A model generated the notes under the pieces. It did no database searches. It was not told where the DNA came from and saw nothing but the letters and a program-made list of their open reading frames with translations. Shown piece after piece: positions 8,977 to 18,864 of a DNA stretch of 60,677 bases (positions are counted from its first letter, which is position 1; each line of letters opens with the position of its first letter). The stretch lies in IMG/VR virus record IMGVR_UViG_3300027754_000050. One strand, 5' to 3'. The translations under genes were made by a program, and so were the position numbers. Origin of the DNA: an uncultured virus (IMG/VR IMGVR_UViG_3300027754_000050) (Duplodnaviria > Heunggongvirae > Uroviricota > Caudoviricetes).

Positions 8977-9225
8977 TTAAATAACATCAACGGCAGACAG
9001 TCTGTATTCTCTGGCTTTTTCTTCCAACCGAGAGGCTACCTCGTTGTATGCATCGGCTTTGGACTTGCGACTCAGCATCCGGTGGTAACCAGAACCCCGT
9101 CCTTGTTCTCCTTTGCGTCTGGCATAAACGAAGTGGTCATCTTCTCGTAATAGTTCAAGTTCCACTACGGATAAATCCCACGTGATGATCCAGATTGTTT
9201 CCCTAGGAGATTTCATGACTCCCAA
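8977..9225 (-). CDS. hypothetical protein
   Basis: 82 aa; stop inside the motif. Confidence 0.65.
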   Translation of the reverse strand: MGVMKSPRETIWIITWDLSVVELELLREDDHFVYARRKGEQGRGSGYHRMLSRKSKADAYNEVASRLEEKAREYRLSAVDVI

Positions 9226-9324
9226 TCGTTAGAATAAATATCGTAGATGCCAACATCGTCATATTCGGTATCCATCGTATTCTCCGTTAACGTGTCTTAA
9301 CTCTACACTATAAGGTACAAATAT

Positions 9325-9795
9325 TTATTCTATGCTGGAATTAAGGAAGATTGTACTTTCCCCGTATTTTGCGATGATCTTAGCCATGAGTTCTGGCGAA
9401 AACGCTCCAATTGCTGTATCATACTCACCATCGGAGTATTTTACATTTGGTTTTCTGAAAAGCACTTTATTTTTACAAAGTTTTTTCAAATATTTATTCT
9501 CCAAAATATCTTGAAGTAGTGTTTCAACGACTGTTTCGCCGGTTTGCGGAGAATATCGGTTTTTATGACCGATAAAACTCTCACAAACTTCTGCTAGGTC
9601 TACAGGTGGTAGGGTTGCAGCATATTCATCCAAAGTTATTCGGAATGAGTTTGGGAAGATGCTTGTGTTGCCGCCCTTTCCATCGTTCGATGCAGAGCCC
9701 ATTTTTACACCGTCAACGTAAATGCTGCACTCGAAGCATTCTGTTTCTTGGCTACCAAGTGCAGAGTGTTTAACATTTTTAAGTACGATATTCAT
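9325..9795 (-). CDS. phage hypothetical protein (SxETxCF...NDGxGG)
   Basis: 156 aa filling the interval between two motif copies. Confidence 0.8.
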   Translation of the reverse strand: MNIVLKNVKHSALGSQETECFECSIYVDGVKMGSASNDGKGGNTSIFPNSFRITLDEYAATLPPVDLAEVCESFIGHKNRYSPQTGETVVETLLQDILENKYLKKLCKNKVLFRKPNVKYSDGEYDTAIGAFSPELMAKIIAKYGESTIFLNSSIE

Positions 9796-9828
9796 TTTTT
9801 ATCCTTATGCTCTATAAGGTACAATTGA

Positions 9829-10068
9829 TTATAGCCCTGCCCTTGTTCGTGCCATGCCAGCATGTGCTGCTGCCACACCATCTCGGCTCTCTGCTGCCAG
9901 ACTTTTCGCCCATTTCAACTTTTGCTGATGAGTCATCGTCGGCAAATCAACTCTTGCCGCCATCCAAGCCCCGATGGTCGTGTGTACAAATCCGTCGAGA
10001 TCGCTTTTCATGTTCTCTCCGTAATCCCCAAGATTCGTTTTGTGAAAACTGCTCATTCGTCCACACAC
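9829..10068 (-). CDS. hypothetical protein
   Basis: 79-aa ORF. Confidence 0.55.
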   Translation of the reverse strand: MCGRMSSFHKTNLGDYGENMKSDLDGFVHTTIGAWMAARVDLPTMTHQQKLKWAKSLAAESRDGVAAAHAGMARTRAGL

Positions 10069-10271
10069 GAATCATCATATTCCATCATGTCATATAGCCT
10101 GTCGTGAGTGTTCGACCAGTCCATGTTGTCATCGATGATGTCACAGTCGATAGCCCATGCGTCGTTGTCTTGCCGGTCGAACTCCTGCGATTTCCACCAC
10201 GCAAAAATGATGTTTTTTGTTCCCTCTTTTTTTGCATTCTGGAGTTGTTCAATAGCATCATCAATTTTCAT
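10053..10271 (-). CDS. hypothetical protein
   Basis: 72 aa, RBS. Confidence 0.7.
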   Translation of the reverse strand: MKIDDAIEQLQNAKKEGTKNIIFAWWKSQEFDRQDNDAWAIDCDIIDDNMDWSNTHDRLYDMMEYDDSCVDE

Positions 10272-10324
10272 GCTTAATTCCTTATGAAAGGTATCCCGTC
10301 ATCCTTACATACTATAAGGTACAA

Positions 10325-10504
10325 TTAATTATTAGATTCAATCCAATGCACGGGTTTGCCCTCTTCCGCAAAGTCGGCAAGTACCATAGCTCTTGCTGCG
10401 GCTTCGGTATTGGCTTGTTTGCTGCAACCATATTTTTGGTGATCGTCTTCTGAATCATCATCGTATCTGTCCTCAGACATAACCGTAAAGTAGAATGTTT
10501 TCAT
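10325..10504 (-). CDS. hypothetical protein
   Basis: ATGA-coupled; stop inside the motif. Confidence 0.6.
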   Translation of the reverse strand: MKTFYFTVMSEDRYDDDSEDDHQKYGCSKQANTEAAARAMVLADFAEEGKPVHWIESNN

Positions 10505-10758
10505 CTCTTTCGTATCCTTCGGCAACTGGTCGCCTGCATTTCCTGTGCCTCATTGTCCGTGCTCCGACATGAAGTCAGTGGGGTGCAGTCTTCAAATCCT
10601 GCTGCATAAACATCTACCCCAACGCCTTCATCCGTACGAATGATATGGATGGAGAACATCTTGACTTCTATCCAAGTGTCCTCGGCTTCAGGTGCAAGCA
10701 ATGAATCGCTTTCTTCGTCTAAAATGGGATGACTGGCTGGCAAGTTATTCGACATCAT
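10501..10758 (-). CDS. hypothetical protein
   Basis: 85 aa, RBS. Confidence 0.7.
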   Translation of the reverse strand: MMSNNLPASHPILDEESDSLLAPEAEDTWIEVKMFSIHIIRTDEGVGVDVYAAGFEDCTPLTSCRSTDNEAQEMQATSCRRIRKR

Positions 10759-10794
10759 GTAGTCTCCTTTGTTTCCTTACACTATAAGGTACAA

Positions 10795-11163
10795 TTAATT
10801 TACTTTAATATCTTTGGTGTGTGTTTCACTAACTCCGAAGGCATTCTTGCATGAGAACTTTAGCGTTACCGTATTCCCGCTAACTTTTGTGCTAAATTCA
10901 TGGAATACCAATGAGTCTGGAAAATTCACTGAGGCTCGGACAATTTCCTTTGCCTTTAGAATCTTGTCAATATCATCGCTCGTAGTCCTGACGGTGGCGA
11001 AACCAGATTTTCTGCACATTCGACAGGGTGGCGCCGCTTCTTCCATGAGCTTTGCAGCATCTGGGTTTACTACAATTTTTCTCGCCTCTTTTACTCCTAC
11101 GGCATTGCTAATGCCTTGGAAAATACAAAATGCAAATAGCATAACAAAAATTATCGTTTTCAT
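10795..11163 (-). CDS. putative exported or membrane-anchored protein
   Basis: Hydrophobic N-terminus, FPDS..F and KNAFGV motifs. Confidence 0.75.
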   Translation of the reverse strand: MKTIIFVMLFAFCIFQGISNAVGVKEARKIVVNPDAAKLMEEAAPPCRMCRKSGFATVRTTSDDIDKILKAKEIVRASVNFPDSLVFHEFSTKVSGNTVTLKFSCKNAFGVSETHTKDIKVN

Positions 11164-11172
11164 ATCACTCCT

Positions 11173-11391
11173 TTAGTTTAGTGTAACAAGTCCCATAAGT
11201 AGCAATTCTTCTAATCCGTAAACTTTTGATCTTTCACAAACATCGCAGTTGTACTCTTGCGCATCTGGTTCTACGCCTTCGGAGAACGATCCGCAACCCG
11301 TACATGCACCAGTGTAGTTTTCGCTGCCTTCTATGTACTCATATTCTTTCATTTCAAAACAATATGTACTGCCATTTTCTTTTGCTAACAT
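11173..11391 (-). CDS. small zinc-ribbon protein
   Basis: CTGC...EPDA...CDVC...VYG.EELL. Confidence 0.75.
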   Translation of the reverse strand: MLAKENGSTYCFEMKEYEYIEGSENYTGACTGCGSFSEGVEPDAQEYNCDVCERSKVYGLEELLLMGLVTLN

Positions 11392-11430
11392 AATTTCTCC
11401 TCACCCCTTAAGGTACAATTATTTTGAGGT

Positions 11431-11748
11431 TTATTCAATATCCCGAAAAAAGCCGCCATCCATGCCTATGCGTCTATCCACTGCTTTCATTAAATCTTTT
11501 ATCCACACCGTGCGACTCATATTTTTAACATTAAGTTTTAATCCGATACAGGAATTCAGATGATCTTTACTTATGTAGAAACTGTTAGGCGCGGGCCTCA
11601 CCTTGAAAACCTCACGATCTAAAGCTCTGGAGAATTGCATACGGAACAGCCATTCATCCATATTGTCCGAGTTGAGTTCGTCTAGTCCGATTACATATCG
11701 GTTAGACATCAGCACCTCGACTACAGCCTGCTTTACTTCTGTTGTCAT
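11431..11748 (-). CDS. hypothetical protein
   Basis: 105-aa ORF. Confidence 0.7.
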   Translation of the reverse strand: MTTEVKQAVVEVLMSNRYVIGLDELNSDNMDEWLFRMQFSRALDREVFKVRPAPNSFYISKDHLNSCIGLKLNVKNMSRTVWIKDLMKAVDRRIGMDGGFFRDIE

Positions 11749-11976
11749 TTAAAGCAACTTTCTTCGTCCTTCATAGACCGTCTCAATGTATAACTTTCCA
11801 GAATCATCTTCATGAATCGTCTCTTTATTACTTTGCTCGGAATAGTCATAATTCCTAACAATAAGGTTAACCGTAGATGGTACAAACACAGGTACAATAA
11901 CCCCTTCATCTAACAAAATAACTACGTCATCAGTTTTGATAGGTCTGCCTAGTATCTGCTTCGGGATATTATTCAT
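11749..11976 (-). CDS. hypothetical protein
   Basis: 75 aa, coupled. Confidence 0.7.
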   Translation of the reverse strand: MNNIPKQILGRPIKTDDVVILLDEGVIVPVFVPSTVNLIVRNYDYSEQSNKETIHEDDSGKLYIETVYEGRRKLL

Positions 11977-12179
11977 GTTGCACCGCCACGCAATAGCTGT
12001 GCCCCAGTTGGATCACCCTTAACGATCTTCACAGTCCAGCCTGCACGACCTGCCAGTGACTCTACGGACTTTTTATCAAGGATTTCCCCAATGCTGTATG
12101 CGACGGAATTTACCATCTCCTTCACCGTAAATGTTCGCACTCCACCGACATTGCTTTCGCCTAAAATCATCTTTTTCAT
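11973..12179 (-). CDS. hypothetical protein
   Basis: 68 aa, RBS. Confidence 0.7.
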   Translation of the reverse strand: MKKMILGESNVGGVRTFTVKEMVNSVAYSIGEILDKKSVESLAGRAGWTVKIVKGDPTGAQLLRGGAT

Positions 12180-12231
12180 CTTATTCTCCTTTATCCTATA
12201 AGGTACAATTAAAAACTGAATAACTCTCTAT

Positions 12232-12510
12232 TCAAACCAGTTCTTCTCGTTCCTTGAGCCAGTTTTCGCACCAGCGTTGAACAGAACGATCTACTGGCGG
12301 GTCACCTGCGAGTTGACAAACACGACTTCCGTCCATACTGACTGAATCTACGGCGACACTATCTTCATCGGCCCGATCCGCGATAAAATCGCTGTCGTCT
12401 TGCGTCATGTCGCTAGCCATCTCTGCTGCAACATCATCATTTGGAGCCTCGAAAATCACTTTGGCTTCAAACGACTTAACAACGGTAAAACTTTGTGTGT
12501 ACTTCGGCAT
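12232..12510 (-). CDS. hypothetical protein
   Basis: Start adjusted to MPKYTQ after AGGAGA. Confidence 0.7.
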   Translation of the reverse strand: MPKYTQSFTVVKSFEAKVIFEAPNDDVAAEMASDMTQDDSDFIADRADEDSVAVDSVSMDGSRVCQLAGDPPVDRSVQRWCENWLKEREELV

Positions 12511-12604
12511 GATTGTCTTGTCTCCTATTAAAAAGTTAATCGAACTAAACACTACACCATATAAGGTACAATTAAAAACTGAACGATCTCTCGTCCTAAT
12601 AACC

Positions 12605-13288
12605 TCAGCCAAACACATGTACCATCTCGAAAAGATCGTCCATGTAAGTGTGATGGGGGTTGCGTTCCATCACTGGGCCGATTTTGTCGTGTGAGAAGTA
12701 GTTTTCGTTGGCCACCACCTTGCGGATCACAGCCTCCAAGATGTTCCACTCCGGAGAATCTTTGACCTTCTCATCGATCAATTCTTTCGCAATTTCCGGC
12801 TTGGTAGCCAACTCCCTTGACCAGCGGTCGCAGTTTTCCTTCCACTTTGCGACGAAGGACTTGATCGCATCCACTGTCATGTCCAAATCCAGATCGACCA
12901 ACTCCTTGATCTCGTCCTCATTCAGATAGCAAGCCTCATCGATGATTTTTTCGGCAAGTTGAGTTGGGATGGCAAGCAGTCCATCGCATCCACTCGTGGA
13001 ATTGTCATCCGCCCAAGGGTCTGCGCAAACCACAACGTCCTTTGATTCGTTGACTATTTGCTTTAAACATTCTACGATGCCAGCCTCGTCATCGCAGTGA
13101 AAATGTTCTATGCCAACACTATCAAGATAATCTGTCCAATCTTTTCTGGTGAACTTTTGCTGGCGAGTCAGGTCAGAGGAATTGGTTTTTAGGCTCATAC
13201 TATCAATAAGCTCTTCATATCGGTCTTCAATAATTTTGTATATCTTCTTTTCCAGATCACAGCCATTTTTTTTAGTTTTAATAATCAT
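12605..13288 (-). CDS. hypothetical protein
   Basis: 227-aa ORF. Confidence 0.75.
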   Translation of the reverse strand: MIIKTKKNGCDLEKKIYKIIEDRYEELIDSMSLKTNSSDLTRQQKFTRKDWTDYLDSVGIEHFHCDDEAGIVECLKQIVNESKDVVVCADPWADDNSTSGCDGLLAIPTQLAEKIIDEACYLNEDEIKELVDLDLDMTVDAIKSFVAKWKENCDRWSRELATKPEIAKELIDEKVKDSPEWNILEAVIRKVVANENYFSHDKIGPVMERNPHHTYMDDLFEMVHVFG

Positions 13289-13364
13289 TGTCCACTCTTT
13301 CTCTTGTTTTTTCAGGAAACATCACTACAACATATAAGGTACAATTAAAAACTGAACAACTCTC

Positions 13365-13757
13365 TCATCCGAATCCTGTCCACATTTGAAATTCCACAAT
13401 ATCATTAAACTTCACGCCTGCTGGGCTAAGGGTAGTCATGCCTGAGACACTCCAGTTTGCCCCATCTTCCAATTCGTCTTGCCGTCCTCCGTCCTCGGAA
13501 GGATAGTAGAAGATACTAAGCTCTAAACCCGTGCCGTTCACTTCTGTAATTTTTTCAAATTCTTTCAGCAGGGCGGAGTAGCAAATATCAACCTCTCCCT
13601 CGCCGTCTGGATTCGGCTCTTCGGCAGCATACTCGTCTAGGCTGATGCCCTCACCTTCGCATGCGGCTTCAAGCCGTTCCGCTTGAAGAGGACACAATTT
13701 TTTAATGTTGTCCCAAGAAACAATATAACCAGACGCAGGATACGAGTCCATTCCCAT
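13365..13757 (-). CDS. hypothetical protein
   Basis: 130 aa between motif copies. Confidence 0.75.
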   Translation of the reverse strand: MGMDSYPASGYIVSWDNIKKLCPLQAERLEAACEGEGISLDEYAAEEPNPDGEGEVDICYSALLKEFEKITEVNGTGLELSIFYYPSEDGGRQDELEDGANWSVSGMTTLSPAGVKFNDIVEFQMWTGFG

Positions 13758-13823
13758 TGTTTTATTCCGTTATTTGTATTATGTAAAATTCACTACAACA
13801 TATAAGGTACAATTAAAAACTGT

Positions 13824-14000
13824 TTAAGGTCGCCCATTTTTATCGACCCATCCATATCGTACTGGATCAAAAGACTCCTCTTCTTCATCAGACTGAACTT
13901 CTGTCTCGGCATTTTCTGCGTAGCATTTGTCCAGCAGTATACATTCTTCTAACAGTGCAGCAGAATCTTCGTCACTGTTATTGTCTCGGTATCGAATCAT
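13824..14000 (-). CDS. 58-aa acidic hypothetical protein
   Basis: Hand-translated. Confidence 0.55.
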   Translation of the reverse strand: MIRYRDNNSDEDSAALLEECILLDKCYAENAETEVQSDEEEESFDPVRYGWVDKNGRP

Positions 14001-14006
14001 ATTTAA

Positions 14007-14378
14007 CTACCCCTGCAACTGGTGTGGTTTGATAGAGTAGACTTTTTTGAACTTTCTATCTTCATTGCATTTCAAAGTGAGGCTGTTCTCTTCTGCTGTG
14101 AGTACATAATTGTACTCTTGTTCATCATCCTCCGTAGTGGCATACAAGCCGCCAGGACCGTCCTTAAAATGACAAACTAACTGTAGGGCAAAACATTCTA
14201 CACCATTAAAAATACGCAGATCAGAAGCAGCACCGGAAATTCCATTAACGAATTTACCCGATTCAATAAAACTCTTCAAATCCTGTCCCCATGCTTCTGG
14301 GCTTCCGTCGAATTGTTTGTATAGAGACAGTATACAATTCTTGTCGCTATAAATCTTCGTTGTGCTTCTGGTTCCCAT
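14007..14378 (-). CDS. phage hypothetical protein (MGTRS..Y.Q.DG.P...G..L)
   Basis: 123 aa. Confidence 0.8.
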   Translation of the reverse strand: MGTRSTTKIYSDKNCILSLYKQFDGSPEAWGQDLKSFIESGKFVNGISGAASDLRIFNGVECFALQLVCHFKDGPGGLYATTEDDEQEYNYVLTAEENSLTLKCNEDRKFKKVYSIKPHQLQG

Positions 14379-14431
14379 GATATTTTATCCTGTTAGTTTT
14401 TGTCGTTACACCCTATAAGGTACAATTAAAT

Positions 14432-15847
14432 TCACGCTGCACCCAGTACCAATTCTTTCTGTTTTGCAAGCGAATCGAGATGACCGCGATATTCATCGAG
14501 GAATAATGCTTCCTCTTCGGTAGTGTCCCTGTTGTTTTGTCCACGGCACTGCAAAACACGACCGTCTTTCACTTGGACTGTTACCATGCTTTTCGCCTTT
14601 TCCTCAATGAGTCGCATAAACATGATTGCCCACTCTCCGTTTACTACACCTTCGATGTAACTCTTGACGCAGTGATTGAGGCTTGCTCCTTCTTGGACGA
14701 TACTACCCAAACTTTCTGGTGATACTATAGCAAACTTTTTGTTCTCGAACTCCAAGGGACGATTACTTTCTTTAACCTGCTCATATTTGTTGTTGAGAAC
14801 GATGCTTTTTTTGACCTCGTAATTTTTTGTAGCAACGTCATGGAATGTTTTCAAATATTTTGGATACTTTTCGTAGTCGCAATTCATTTCTACGCTCATT
14901 TTAACGTAGTCGTGAAGGCAGTCCAGTCCGGTATGATCGGTCATGGACGGGCAAATGCCTTGTGCTGGCAAATCTCGGAATATGTAATCCATTAAGCGTT
15001 TCTGATCGTATCCCCATTTTACAACGGCATTTAGTTTTTCTGCCCATTGCCGAAAATAGTAGTCATCGACGCTCAGGACGAACTTGTATTTCTCCCATAC
15101 ATATCGGAATACGTCGCCGTGCCCCTTTGCTACAAACATCCTATATGCTGGGATATAGTTGCCTAATATGTATTCTCGTGTTACATCGTCAGCGTAGGCA
15201 TCCACGGCATCGCCATATCTGTTACGAGTGCGAACGTATTGCGGGTGAACTCCCTCGGCAACATGGCTCATAAACCAAGCATCGAGTCCGTCGCTTTTCA
15301 TTTCAGTGTATGATAAAACTCGTCCATTTTTTAACACCTGATCGCAGAGCCGATCAATGTTCATTTGCCCGACAAAATTGTTTTTTGCCAGGCTCTCAAT
15401 AGGAGCGACGATGGCTCCATCTGTCATTGTAACAAGGCTGTTAATCTTCTTCTCAAATCGTTTTGTATGTGGTTCCGCACCGTGATTTGATACTCTGTGC
15501 TTCTCATTCTTAATGGCATTTTGGATATACTTTTTCAAAATCGTGAAATAAGTCTGAATCCATCCGGTCTTTGCTCGGCTTGCCAAAATATCGAAAAACT
15601 TTGGGTGGCCTGGCTTGAGGAACTGTTTAAGGTCGCCCATTTTTATCGAATCTTCTTCGCACGCCCACAGTATGTTCTTGAAATGACACGCAGCAAATTC
15701 GTTGCCATTTTCGTGATAAAACTTGTAGTCAAATACACACCAAGTGAAGGCAGTGCCGTTGCTGAAACGGAAGGTCATCCGCTTGTTGTCTCCGGTTGGC
15801 TCGATAAGTTCCAAACCTTTGTATTCTGTCTTGTTTCGTAGGCTCAT
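14432..15847 (-). CDS. PcfJ-like domain protein
   Basis: C-terminal EG..LNHCV.SY...I.FMR...TVQV...Q.RG..N pattern. Confidence 0.8.
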   Translation of the reverse strand: MSLRNKTEYKGLELIEPTGDNKRMTFRFSNGTAFTWCVFDYKFYHENGNEFAACHFKNILWACEEDSIKMGDLKQFLKPGHPKFFDILASRAKTGWIQTYFTILKKYIQNAIKNEKHRVSNHGAEPHTKRFEKKINSLVTMTDGAIVAPIESLAKNNFVGQMNIDRLCDQVLKNGRVLSYTEMKSDGLDAWFMSHVAEGVHPQYVRTRNRYGDAVDAYADDVTREYILGNYIPAYRMFVAKGHGDVFRYVWEKYKFVLSVDDYYFRQWAEKLNAVVKWGYDQKRLMDYIFRDLPAQGICPSMTDHTGLDCLHDYVKMSVEMNCDYEKYPKYLKTFHDVATKNYEVKKSIVLNNKYEQVKESNRPLEFENKKFAIVSPESLGSIVQEGASLNHCVKSYIEGVVNGEWAIMFMRLIEEKAKSMVTVQVKDGRVLQCRGQNNRDTTEEEALFLDEYRGHLDSLAKQKELVLGAA

Positions 15848-15922
15848 TTTAATTCCTTTTAATTGTGGGTTACACTCTATAAGGTACAATTAAATTTATT
15901 AAATCGTAAATTCAGTTGGCAT

Positions 15923-16087
15923 TCATAATTCTAATTCGTGTTCATAAAAATACGGACAACTCCATTTTGCCGAATCGCATTTTAGTTTAACCATCGTTCC
16001 TTTATGGCAACCAGTTTCAACTACCGTTGCCAGACCGGATTTTTTTGTCTGAACCCTGTCCCCTGATTTAAGTTTATTAAATGTCAT
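15923..16087 (-). CDS. 54-aa hypothetical protein
   Basis: Hand-translated, between motif copies. Confidence 0.55.
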   Translation of the reverse strand: MTFNKLKSGDRVQTKKSGLATVVETGCHKGTMVKLKCDSAKWSCPYFYEHELEL

Positions 16088-16124
16088 TGCTATGCCTTTT
16101 ACACTCTATAAGGTACAATTAAAT

Positions 16125-16517
16125 TTATTCATAGTGTCTACATCCTACACTACTAAGGCTACCTGCTCTGATCTCTCGTGCAACAAAATACGATTCTTCG
16201 CCGTCTACCTCCGGCAGGTAATCGGAGTCCAGTCCTCTTGCGTCGAGCCATTTGCACTGTGACAAGCAAGCGTTGCCGAAACTCTTAGCTGCATCACGGG
16301 TAAGGCTTTCGGCTAATTCGCAAACCTTAGCCTGAACAACATCTGCCTCTTCATCGTTGGCACAGATTTGATATGCGACGAGCTTACAGTCCTCACCCCA
16401 CCACCCACCTTCCTCTGGGCCTCCGTAATATGAGCTGTTTACATAAAGACTTACATAGCTTGCCCTCCCTGTCTTCGCATCGCTGCATACGGCGAAAAAC
16501 GCTTCTTTAATGCTCAT
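16125..16517 (-). CDS. phage hypothetical protein (YGGPEEGGWW)
   Basis: 130 aa. Confidence 0.8.
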   Translation of the reverse strand: MSIKEAFFAVCSDAKTGRASYVSLYVNSSYYGGPEEGGWWGEDCKLVAYQICANDEEADVVQAKVCELAESLTRDAAKSFGNACLSQCKWLDARGLDSDYLPEVDGEESYFVAREIRAGSLSSVGCRHYE

Positions 16518-16571
16518 TGTTTATTCCTTAGAGGGGTTGTTCTACACTATAAGGTACAATTAAATGCTGGT

Positions 16572-16772
16572 TTACTCAAAACCTCGTTCTAGACTAGCCC
16601 GAATGTCTTTTTCCCATTGGGTTAGTGGTCGAACCTCGTGGTCTGATTCCATCAACAATGCCCGTGCAGCATCATCTGCTGCGAGTTCGTTTGCCTTCTT
16701 CCGCTCTGCAGCAGCATCATCTGCTGCGAGTTCGTTTGACATGCGTGGATAATCCTCATTGCTGCTCATCAT
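16572..16772 (-). CDS. hypothetical protein with an internal NELAADDAA duplication
   Basis: 66 aa, RBS. Confidence 0.65.
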   Translation of the reverse strand: MMSSNEDYPRMSNELAADDAAAERKKANELAADDAARALLMESDHEVRPLTQWEKDIRASLERGFE

Positions 16773-16818
16773 ATTCTCCTTTGGCTTTTGGGCTACACCC
16801 TATAAGGTACAATTAAAA

Positions 16819-17157
16819 CTACTTGCCGTTATTGTACTCATCATTGACGGAGAATTCAGCACGGTCATAAATCAAGCCGTCTAAGCCCAACTCCGCCATT
16901 TCTTTCTCACTGACGATCCACTTTTCGTCTCCTTTTTTGTCTTCGCATCGCAAGCAAATAGCAAGATCGCAGGCTCGTCCGTCCGGAAGCGTGAATCCGT
17001 AGATGTTTCCGCTTGCGTCGTACAACGGACTCAATTTGTCATCAATGTTTGCGAATTCACCACTAATTTCAAAAACATATTGGCTAGTAGTCGTCTCTGT
17101 TTGCAGAATTATTGAATCGACTCGCCGCTGATGGGCTGCATTATGATTTTTTTTCAT
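16819..17157 (-). CDS. hypothetical protein
   Basis: Start adjusted to MKKNHN. Confidence 0.65.
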   Translation of the reverse strand: MKKNHNAAHQRRVDSIILQTETTTSQYVFEISGEFANIDDKLSPLYDASGNIYGFTLPDGRACDLAICLRCEDKKGDEKWIVSEKEMAELGLDGLIYDRAEFSVNDEYNNGK

Positions 17158-17324
17158 CTTAATAAAACCTTTCTTTGTCCCTATCTGAACTCTACCCACC
17201 CGCCCCATACTATCTGGTATCCTTTGGGTTGCTCTTACCGAGTGTCCAGACTCAGCAGCGGAACGTATTGCTGTCAAATGGGTAGAGTTCAAATTGTCGT
17301 TGGGCTACACCCTATAAGGTACAA

Positions 17325-18440
17325 TTATTCTTCATCGTTGTTTTGTTTGTAGACGAGTTGCTCGATTCTACAATCTCTGCTCTCGATGTCGTTTCTTACG
17401 CCCAAAAATGTTGGCTGGAAAAGCGATCCTCCCACAAAAGCGTAAAGATAACGAACCTCCACAATGTCATTTATTTTTGGAACATCAAAGTTTGCTGGGA
17501 TCGATACATTCCCAACAGGCTCATACTCGGTTCCTCCTGCATACAAACCAATTCCTACGCTTCTTTTTTGATTCGTTACCGTCACGATACAACTACAAGT
17601 CTTGTAAAACTTGTGCTTGAGATAGTTGCCACCGCTTGCTGGTCTTCCAACCGTATAGAATGCACTGCGGTGTTTCAGTACAATTCCCTCTCCGTTGTCT
17701 CGCTTGATTTCTTCCCACAGTTTCTTTTTCTGTTCAGTGGACGCAGCAACGTCCACAAAAATGACATTCTCAGAAATTCCGAACACCTCTTCATCTTTTC
17801 CGATGCTGATAATAGCATGGTTCGCAAACATCTTTTTGAGAATGGCGATTCTGTTCTTTACACTTTTGTCTTGTACGCTTTCGCCTTGGTATGACAATAT
17901 GTCGAAAACGTAGTACGTTTCACCGATCAATTCCCCATCTACTGTGCAATTATCTAGGGGTGCAAACCCTTTCTGAATAACGTGCGGCACAGACACAACA
18001 TTTCCTTTGCGGTTGTATCCTGTGATTTTGTCCTCGTTCTTTTTTAGTGTTAATCGTGTGCCGTCGAACTTTTCTTGAGCGTACCAATTGTCATTGGAAA
18101 GCAAGATATATGCTGCTTCTTCCTCGATTGCGTTTAGCAGTACGCACATAGCAGCAGTTTTGGTATTTGGCAGCACCGTTGGGATACCTTCTTCGTTATC
18201 ATCAAAAACTTGGTATCCCTTTTTCTTTTTTTCGTTTACGAGTTTTTCGTGAACGATTTCAGCCTTTTTTAGATCAACAGGGGAACTTGTTTTTGTGCCA
18301 GTATTCATACTGGCTCCTCTTCGACCGTATGCGAAGTTCACACTGTATCCCGATGCTTCATCGCCTTCGATGGTTGCTTTGTAGACTTTATCACTGCTTC
18401 CCTCTTTGAAATAGAGCGAAACGCTTTTAATAGTTTTCAT
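17325..18440 (-). CDS. WGR-domain ATP-dependent DNA ligase-like protein
   Basis: N-terminal SDKVY...YGRRG (WGR-like); QEKFDG, DGELIG, VFDIL, EGIVLK, LKHK; OB-like C-terminus. Confidence 0.85.
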   Translation of the reverse strand: MKTIKSVSLYFKEGSSDKVYKATIEGDEASGYSVNFAYGRRGASMNTGTKTSSPVDLKKAEIVHEKLVNEKKKKGYQVFDDNEEGIPTVLPNTKTAAMCVLLNAIEEEAAYILLSNDNWYAQEKFDGTRLTLKKNEDKITGYNRKGNVVSVPHVIQKGFAPLDNCTVDGELIGETYYVFDILSYQGESVQDKSVKNRIAILKKMFANHAIISIGKDEEVFGISENVIFVDVAASTEQKKKLWEEIKRDNGEGIVLKHRSAFYTVGRPASGGNYLKHKFYKTCSCIVTVTNQKRSVGIGLYAGGTEYEPVGNVSIPANFDVPKINDIVEVRYLYAFVGGSLFQPTFLGVRNDIESRDCRIEQLVYKQNNDEE

Positions 18441-18534
18441 GTTTATCTCCTACACAATAAGGTACAATTATAATTTAGAATCGAGCAACTTGTAATATCG
18501 GTACAAGTTCCTCTTAACATACAATAAGGTACAA

Positions 18535-18864
18535 TTATTCGGTCATTGGCTTTAGAACCGACACACTTCCAGTTGGAGCGTCGTGATGTGATAGAGAATA
18601 TACAACTCGGTCATCGAATACGGTGTATTTGATGTGCCATTCTGCATTCACTGTCATTCCCCGAATTATCTCGGAAATGTTTTTTGCGTGGAAAGTCCCG
18701 CCTGTAGTTCTGTTCCATAACGGGATGCCAGAAACATCCCACATACCTGATGGATTATTATCCATCAGTTCTTTAATATCCTCTGCGAACATTTCTTGCT
18801 TCGCTTCCCAACAATATCCATCACAGATGCCTTCTTCGCAATCGCATACATTTGAAAGTTCCAT
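18535..18864 (-). CDS. hypothetical protein
   Basis: 109 aa; stop inside the motif. Confidence 0.75.
   Translation of the reverse strand: MELSNVCDCEEGICDGYCWEAKQEMFAEDIKELMDNNPSGMWDVSGIPLWNRTTGGTFHAKNISEIIRGMTVNAEWHIKYTVFDDRVVYSLSHHDAPTGSVSVLKPMTE

Noticed and set aside
11890..11899. AGGTACAATA inside a CDS
   Set aside because: Partial and intragenic; plausibly chance
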